A DNA stretch of 62,755 bases. Source: Bacteroidales bacterium. GTDB lineage: Bacteria; Bacteroidota; Bacteroidia; Bacteroidales; WCHB1-69. Of this stretch, positions 60,001 to 62,755 are shown in pieces. A program made the translations under genes and the position numbers. Each line of letters starts with the position of its first letter. Position 1 is the stretch's first letter. The DNA lies in contig JAQUWC010000003.1 of NCBI GenBank assembly GCA_028693085.1, positions 1 through 62,755 on the forward strand. Reading direction: 5' to 3'. Below the pieces are notes generated by a model. It was given only the letters and a program-made list of their open reading frames with translations, was not told the DNA's origin and did no database searches.

Positions 60001-62687
60001 TGATAGCGAATAATGAAATCATTAAGTTGCAAGGCTCTTCTACTTCCTATGGCTTTTATCAATATTATGGGAATGTTGATTTTATCAATAATTCCATATA
60101 TATAGCCGGCACCAGCACCTGTTATGGTATTTATGCAAGCACCATGAGTTCTACTTATAGCCGAAGATTCCTGAATAATAATATTTATACCAATACGACC
60201 TCATCTTCCAATTATCCTATCTATTATTCCAGTACAAATTATGCCCTTCCTTCCTATGGAAACATAGCTGATTATAATAATTACTATGGAACAGGTGCAT
60301 ATGTTGGTTATGTAGGCGGAGCAAAGACAACAATAGCTGATTTACGTCAAGCTACAACCCAAGATGCGCACTCCATCAGTATTCAACAACAATTTGTTGA
60401 TCCTACACAAAATCTGGAATTGTTGGAATATAGCGGCATGATTTGTAACATGCATACGTCTGTCTTATCAGATATTAATGGTAAGAGTCGTACGCGTATT
60501 ACGCCTATGGGAGCTTACTCCGTACATATTTATGAGGGCTACGATTTAGGCCTCAGTGCTATCGTTGAACCGGTAAATACTACTGATGTGTTCTGTTATC
60601 AAGATTTTGCTTCTGTTCGTGTGGAAATGCAAAACAATGGTAGCTATCCTATCAACTTCTCGGCTCAACCCGTTACCCTGCATTTGGATGTTAGTGGTGC
60701 CGTTACCTATCAAAAAGATACTATGTTATTGATGGGTGGATTAACACAAACTGAAAAAAGTATTTATACTTTGACAAACCTATTGCCTGTTAGTCAGAAC
60801 GGTAATTACCACATCAAAGTATCGTTGGCTTTAGATGCAGATACCCTTCATTTTGATGATACCATACAAGCTATTTATGTCATCGATAAAATTGTGTTAC
60901 CCTACGAAGTAAACTTCGATTCAGTTCCTAAAGGATTAGTGTTTAAACAAATAAACGGCACATCCGGCTGGACAGTTGAATCGGGCGATGGTATGAATCC
61001 TACCATTACTCCTTCACACGGACAAGGTCGTTTGCAATTTGCTTCGGCTACCGATAGAGGTTCTTTGGCTTCGGTAACCTTGCAACCCATCAATTTAAGA
61101 GGGACGGTTCAACCTAAATTAGAATTTTGGTATGCACACGATAATGCACCGGGAAGAGACTATACCGATGTGAAGATTTCGGTTGACGGTGGATTTACCT
61201 ATCAAACGATATTAAACGTACAACGTTCCAATTCTGCCTATACAACACCTACCTTTGTACGTCATGAAGTCGATTTATCACCCTATACTTCTTACTCTTG
61301 CGTTATACTAGGCTTTGAAGCAGGAAGCTTCGCCGGAGGTAATCAAAACATCGATAGCATTTCTATCAGTTCCTTGCAAGACCTATTGGTTGGATTTGAT
61401 TTGATTCCACAAAATGATTTCATCGCATGTGAATTAGATAATAAAACCTTAGCCGTTACCTTAAGCAACTTAACTACGCAAGATTTCTTGTTCGAAAGAA
61501 ATCCAAGCGAGTTGACGGTAGAAGTAAGCGGTGCCATTACTACTACCTATACTTATCCTTTAGTTAGTGGTAAAGTAACAGGAAGTTCTATCTTGACCGT
61601 TGTGCTGGATACTAATTTTGATTTCTCCATCAACGGAACCTATGATTTTAAAGCCTATATCCGAAAAGCAGACGACAATAAACTGAACGATACTGCCGTT
61701 ACATCACGTTTAATCAATGTTGATCTCGATATGTTGAGCATTGAACCGATTGGCGATAAAAGGATTGGCGATAGAATCTATCCGACACTTAGTTTTATGA
61801 ATACAGGTAATATGCCGATTAAAAACATTCCTTTGCATTTACAAATCAATAAAGCGGCTCATATAAGAGAAAGTGTCGATACCTTGTTGAATCCGGGTGA
61901 TACAATAAGCTATACCTTTATCACACCATCCTATGTGCCGACGGTTACTGAAACACAGCCTTTCTATTTACTCGAAATCGAATCAGAGTTAAGCTGTGAT
62001 GGTAATCAAGTCAATGATTTGGTGAGCGGTTATTATTCCGTGGTGTTCGATGAATATATTGATTTAGTCATTACTTCCGTTGAGAAACCCGATCCAAATG
62101 AGTGCGATTCAGGGTTAACTACCGTATATCCTATATTAAATATCAAGAATATAGGTACAGGTATTGCCAATAATATCATTCTTTATGTTACGGTCGACAG
62201 TGCAGGCACCATTCTAAAAAGTTATTCCGAAGAAGTGAACCTTATTGCAAACGGCGATAGCTTATTACATAGCTGTGTTACCGGATACAATGTGCCTAAT
62301 TTAAACGGTCAATATAAAGTAACTCTCTTTGTTAGCGTAGCAGATGAATCCGATCCCGTGAATAATACGGTTGATATCATGGCTTGTGCCATCTTAAACG
62401 ATGTAGGTGTCGATGCCTATAAGACTGTGGATTGGTCGATGGATCAAAACATCCCCAACCCGGCTTCTGCTAGTACACGCATCACATATCACATACCGCA
62501 AGATGGCTTGGTACGTTTCAGCTTAACGACTATTACGGGACAGCTAATCTATCGTCAAGATATTCCATCCGCAGCCGGATCACATGCTATTGATTTCGAT
62601 ACGCAACATCTGGCTGGTGGTATCTATTATTATAGCATGGAATATCAAGGCCAACGCATCGTGAAGAAGATGACCATACAGAAATAA
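48054..62687 (+). CDS. giant T9SS-secreted modular surface protein, paralog 3 (4877 aa)
   Basis: It has a signal peptide (MKNMLRVLSGIMFICALSSNIVTAQ). The domain order is one GTGT/YSFSR domain, a CARDB-like domain, 7 tandem beta-helix plus CARDB modules, the shared C-terminal cassette and a type A CTD. It is a single uninterrupted ORF of 14,634 nt. Confidence 0.92.
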   Translation: MKNMLRVLSGIMFICALSSNIVTAQNLITVGTGTNTYAYAPAYSLYNYSFSRMLYLSSDLQALSSGGKITHIAFYISTAQSGYTLNNQTVYMRGTTVASENTGYIDPTVTSNGCTQVWTGNLNVSNTGWVTIPLSTPFTLPAGQNLEIFWNNMHGSWFSTVYWQSTGVSYNAVSRGYSDNSFASATTSSLATATERPNIQITFLPSGRTAAVTEIVSPRSSIMLGGLLTAQANIANLGTDTITSCRINWSVNNVLYPPVYDSTLLLAGAAPTSITLGNYMCDSDQFNNITVWIDQAMPYDSAQVDDTLSFDFYACSYQFNGVYTVGGPTADYATLGEVLIHLTNCGVTGPTTFILNTGVYNQPIVLSGSIPGLSEINTVTFTSATQDADSVLIYAVGTTVQLNAAKHLRFSYLTLGNTSINSTYGVEFNNGAKDIDFYGCKINSYVFATSSSYAPVYYYGASGSGYKLEDVTFINNTLDGGYASMYLYYSGSGSGTDMSSMVIDSNVMTNAYYYGVYNYYYTYCSSFSHNVISMRASATTNYGMYFGGSYNTLDRMEGNKVRFRNTGSRYGIYFGSYLNRSESYNAFGPAYIVNNEILSDGGSTNYGIYLGSYPNAYLVYNSVYVAGSGTSYALYFPTMNSTYSLTVKNNMFIAAGSGTPYPLYSSSIDYVKPYNGTILDYNNYYGSKNSIAYIGNAVSDLQSMQTLTEQDVHSQNVYPNFVNLSQSLHTDGSMMIVESDVETKFDVEGDKRVIYTNMGCYNDYVISLNNDVTISNLLSPLDWQAPSTNIALDIKITNKATDTLKNVRIYWSINNSPVNFINYNCNLAWYEESEAITLDSIVLQSGVNSLLVYTTLPNGLSDANVFNDTLQAEIISCVPLSGNYTVGSQLADFVTLDEAIDYLNSCGVSGPTTLLLHAGDYVQTMTLTGSIPGLSASNAVTFTSLAQDPDSVKIYTNSTALELVEAKHLRFSYLTLGSTSSKSTYGVEFIDGALDVHFYACNIYANLLSTSSSYVPVYYSGSNGSGKRLENVSFVKNKLEGGYASFFLYYPGSGEDTSMSQIVIDSNIMLNAYYYGVRVYSYGYFPSISYNTISMRNSSTTNYVICFEGSYNTIDNMIGNKIRFGTTSSRYGIYISSANLNESPLYKASGPALIANNEIISTGGSSNYGIYFANTNVNAKVLHNSILLSGTSTSYAIRIPTMSAEYALNIKNNVFVTTSTGTAYPLYASSANYVKQSYGTTLDYNNYYSTGEYLAYISGTKSSLLDIQLASEQDAQSISQNPDFVNPSLDLHTSSTAMLVPLDSTMMYDIDRNQRLMFTNMGCYHDFVANNLDVSLQTLVSPTETSPTNQNTALEVMINNSGIDTLRSVRFYWSVNQSAIDSMDYACLISPLQNSEVVLLDSVMLHGGENTIKVYTAYPNGLVDANTVNDTLLVHIAACDTMLNGEYIVGTGGDFANVEKAFNTLMRCGINGPVELKCMPFTSGSFKLDVNVPGADSINTVTFSSLSGNPSDVKIVSTDGNALTLDGVSNYIFKNISIDATAGTNGVEFLNTCSNILFYGCNIMANPTTTSSSYTAVRYYQASGSTTYLSNISFIKNKISGGYHNMYFYYACGSSSKMSESLIRIDSNELTDAYYYGIYAYYYGNYKSVSYNTITSRATSSTFYAIYFNRYNTVQDGVIGNRIFLQNTSTGYGIRTYYINRSTSYAAQGNALIANNEVIGNAGGSTYGIYTQYSNADFYNNSIYLTGSSSCYGLYISSTSSTYSMNFLNNLFITTTSGTGYPIYTGTANYVTTSYGTVLDYNNYYSTGSYVGYISGTKTSLSALKSATLQDTNSVSIQPQFLGINNGLELLNYSGLSCLKLDGVSHDIRNVERDSLTFMGCYTPNSLDVALAPSTLTPDLANVHQGIIVAVKLQNPGKTTLTTSTITLSVDGVVTKVIPWSDSLVPGAEIPLYLDTMNVNAGSNDLRIWISNPNGSVDLNNDNDTLQYNIYGCDTLLNGQYTIGVSGADYVSFQDALQAMIRCGINGPVTFRVNDGVYNENLYINTALILGSNSQNTISFVSTSGNAANVILGNHQALGASALVLDGASNLIFKDITIGLNSENTGVAVEFLGMCENIEFNSCIIQTYDQATSNTYCGVKYYNSSSSSNYLKNVKFVHNHIDGGYYNFWFYYSAGTSSNMGNMSVIIDSNTLSNAYYAGFYTYYNGNYPSVSYNTITSRTNENVGTDWYGIYTYYYTNIENIVGNKIQNINVRIAQPRGIYIHYYFNYTSYSGSGQGLIANNEILLYGANATNTYQNFAGLYIYYPYSSTKILHNSIYLYGADPATLTGAALYAYNTSTSYLLKIQNNVFSTAIANNANTCLIPYYISSLTYARPNYVNSDYNNYYNAYNQNVAYAGEEYTLVDLRAANMQDAHSVQYNPGFANLPFSLMPTHWTICPKEDLVSFDMLGNARVVLTYSGCYHANYSSDAGIVEFMNIGEKNTAGLNPLDVRLVNYGSAVLNSVTIRASVDGVLIPAVNLTGLALVQNQDTIIHIGNFTSVLNHTNTIKAWTSNPNGMLDQNNLNDSMSITTKGCVEVLSGVYDIAGGNNDFATIQDALSALEDCGIAGPVVLRLANGIYPDLNNVGTFTGTNETNTITFTSLSGNADDVVIGSPTDVALSLFDAGHLRFENISIGNSSSTYGVQFINHNEDIVFYQCNIYSAPGMSSTSYAGIYYYNSSGSTNTLKNVRIVKNNISGGYANIYFYYPGGSSSNMTNMSVTIDSNIMTDAYTYGLYSYYNAMYESISYNTIITASASTTQYGLYLNYYNTIVHGINANRLRMQSTSSAYGIRCYYINNPSYGAQSNALISNNEIVCPEGSSTKYGIYTYYTNADFYNNSVYLAGTSTNYGFYISTTSSSYSMNIKNNIFYTATTGTGYPIYTGTANYAKTTYGTVIDYNNYYSTGTYVGYIAGTKSTIFDLRASTGQDQNSVSTNVSFMDITKDLRLLAYSGLSCPKIVDEDIDGKSRNASTFMGCYESDSLDAAISMGDISHNSTQLPLPVYAVLTNKGLTTLNNAILTWSFKDTVRMSTPWTGSLDQGETDTVLLGNVSLTYGSVNNLKLWVSLPNGATDNNVENDTVKDVVYGCYGPLSGVYTIGGPTADFATIADALEPITYCGIVGPVTFSLNDGTFNENVVINIPIPGASILNTITFTSTSGNPANVVIGSNLEKAGTALLIEGMNYLNFTNITIGLNSEYTATAVELKGMCENILFTGCRIQSYDQANSTMYCGVKYQSYSGATNYLKNVKFIGNHIDGGYYNFYLYYSAGSSTNMEASAMSVTIDSNVLSNAYYAGVYSYYYANYPSISYNTILARTSGVVNADWYGIYTYYYHNVERMVNNKIKSTHANITNPRGIYIYYYFNYSSYGGLGRGLIANNEIILQGANMTSDFNAFTGIYIYYPYSNMQILHNSIYLYGTDPNTMAGCGIYAYNTTTSYQITIKNNDIATYKDGSSLCYLYPYYVTSATYADASYIVTDYNNYYNDKNANIAFTGVEHTLASLKVANLQDENSLSINPGFGLNPTNLVPQNWSTCLIVDEVNNDIHGDLRLGRITYKGCYTAIFGNDAGVTEFVGLGQRVTAGSNNIQVRIFNFGSTTLQSVNVTVEVDGIVQPTMNLTGLNLAKYQDTVITVGTFMAYVDAINDLRAWTSNPNGIVDDNFINDTMAMQTTGCFLVLAGVYDVGGGNNNFASLEDAMEVLENCGVSGPVILRIAAGNYPNLDTLGAYFGTSDVNTVTFTSLTGNANSVVLGDTINTALTFVDAKHLRFENVTIGNTLSMRGVEFVNTNEDISFYQCNILATPAMNSSDYAPIYYYNSSSSSHTLKNIRIVKNNIYGGYANIYFYYPGGSSSNMTNMSVTIDSNTMTNAYYAGLYSYYYSYYKSVSYNTIVTAAVSATQYGLYVYYYNTVENGIIGNRIHIQSTSGGNGIRSYYTNRSTAYGARGNALIANNEIIKLQGSSTSYGFYQYYGNVDFINNSIYIAGTSTCYGIYASTMSSTYSRRFLNNNIYTNTTSSSNYPIYYSSTNYALPSYGNIADYNNYYGTGAYVGYVGGAKTTIADLRQATTQDAHSISIQQQFVDPTQNLELLEYSGMICNMHTSVLSDINGKSRTRITPMGAYSVHIYEGYDLGLSAIVEPVNTTDVFCYQDFASVRVEMQNNGSYPINFSAQPVTLHLDVSGAVTYQKDTMLLMGGLTQTEKSIYTLTNLLPVSQNGNYHIKVSLALDADTLHFDDTIQAIYVIDKIVLPYEVNFDSVPKGLVFKQINGTSGWTVESGDGMNPTITPSHGQGRLQFASATDRGSLASVTLQPINLRGTVQPKLEFWYAHDNAPGRDYTDVKISVDGGFTYQTILNVQRSNSAYTTPTFVRHEVDLSPYTSYSCVILGFEAGSFAGGNQNIDSISISSLQDLLVGFDLIPQNDFIACELDNKTLAVTLSNLTTQDFLFERNPSELTVEVSGAITTTYTYPLVSGKVTGSSILTVVLDTNFDFSINGTYDFKAYIRKADDNKLNDTAVTSRLINVDLDMLSIEPIGDKRIGDRIYPTLSFMNTGNMPIKNIPLHLQINKAAHIRESVDTLLNPGDTISYTFITPSYVPTVTETQPFYLLEIESELSCDGNQVNDLVSGYYSVVFDEYIDLVITSVEKPDPNECDSGLTTVYPILNIKNIGTGIANNIILYVTVDSAGTILKSYSEEVNLIANGDSLLHSCVTGYNVPNLNGQYKVTLFVSVADESDPVNNTVDIMACAILNDVGVDAYKTVDWSMDQNIPNPASASTRITYHIPQDGLVRFSLTTITGQLIYRQDIPSAAGSHAIDFDTQHLAGGIYYYSMEYQGQRIVKKMTIQK
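48996..60510 (+). repeat. 7 in-frame tandem ~1.7-kb coding modules (Tyr/Asn-rich parallel beta-helix + CARDB-like)
   Basis: The conserved module-initial Cys codons (C..L.G.Y.VGG...DF.T) are at 48996, 50682, 52368, 54030, 55773, 57429 and 59178. The periods are 1686, 1686, 1662, 1743, 1656 and 1749 nt. Modules 1-2, modules 3/5/7 and modules 4/6 form three subtypes. Confidence 0.85.
62436..62684 (+). other. T9SS type A C-terminal sorting domain of paralog 3
   Basis: The sequence is SMDQNIPNPASASTRITYHIP...GIYYYSMEYQGQRIVKKMTIQK. Confidence 0.85.
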
Positions 62688-62722
62688 ACAGTTTCATTGT
62701 ACATTTAGTTATTAATAAGGGA

Positions 62723-62755
62723 AGAAGTTGTGTAAAAGCAGCTTCTTTCTTTTTT
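62723..62755 (+). terminator. probable Rho-independent terminator after giant gene 3
   Basis: The sequence agaagttg-tgtaaaag-cagcttct forms an 8-bp stem with one G-U pair and is followed by ttctttttt at the window end. Confidence 0.5.

Noticed and set aside
41040-60510. The long tandem repeats as a CRISPR array, or the variable paralogs as targets of a diversity-generating retroelement.
   Set aside because: The repeat units are 1.2-1.7 kb, in frame and protein-coding, not 25-40 bp repeats with spacers. No cas gene, reverse transcriptase or template-repeat copy is present in the window.
40447-61537. Many short minus-strand or alternative-frame ORFs inside giant genes 2 and 3 (for example 46485-46832, 52304-52642 and 54495-54881).
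   Set aside because: They recur because the sense sequence is repetitive and codon-biased. They are nested in uninterrupted 7.6-kb and 14.6-kb ORFs.

Overview
This is an AT-rich chromosomal segment that I assign to a Bacteroidota (Bacteroidales-like) bacterium. The assignment rests on three type A and one type B T9SS C-terminal sorting domains, a recurring TAnnTTTG -7 promoter box upstream of many genes, and the gene content. All family calls come from motif recognition by eye; no searches were run.

- **1-9.9 kb: accessory, decaying patch.** A tyrosine integrase, a class II Fic protein and an unrecognised protein form one minus-strand operon that runs off the window start. The patch also holds a decayed IS200/RAYT-like transposase relic, three copies of a short REP-like dispersed repeat, a flavodoxin-like stub, an HU-like gene with an in-frame TAA, and a 164-bp nested inverted-repeat element. 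A few accessory enzymes (SDR, tandem GNAT, SAM methyltransferase) and a 600-bp non-coding gap complete it.
- **10-24 kb and 29-40 kb: mostly housekeeping.** These regions carry a secreted PHP-like protein, a glycosyltransferase, secA, tRNA-Ser(CGA), mltG, a RimJ-like GNAT, an AsmA-like protein, mpl, pta, a DUF4837-like lipoprotein, serC-serA, ddl, aroK and an AraC regulator. A small CI-repressor-like module with a candidate operator sits next to the tRNA.
- **Three giant secreted paralogs (24379-29097, 40386-47975, 48054-62687).** They encode 1572, 2529 and 4877 aa and cover 26,943 nt, about 43% of the window. All three are assembled from one shared set of domains. Gene 2 has 4 tandem ~1.2-kb modules and gene 3 has 7 tandem ~1.7-kb modules. 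All three end in the same ~700-aa cassette and a T9SS tail.

I recognise no catalytic motif in the giant proteins and no known defence system in the window. The giant cargo family and the integrase-Fic-unknown operon are the best candidates for undescribed biology.
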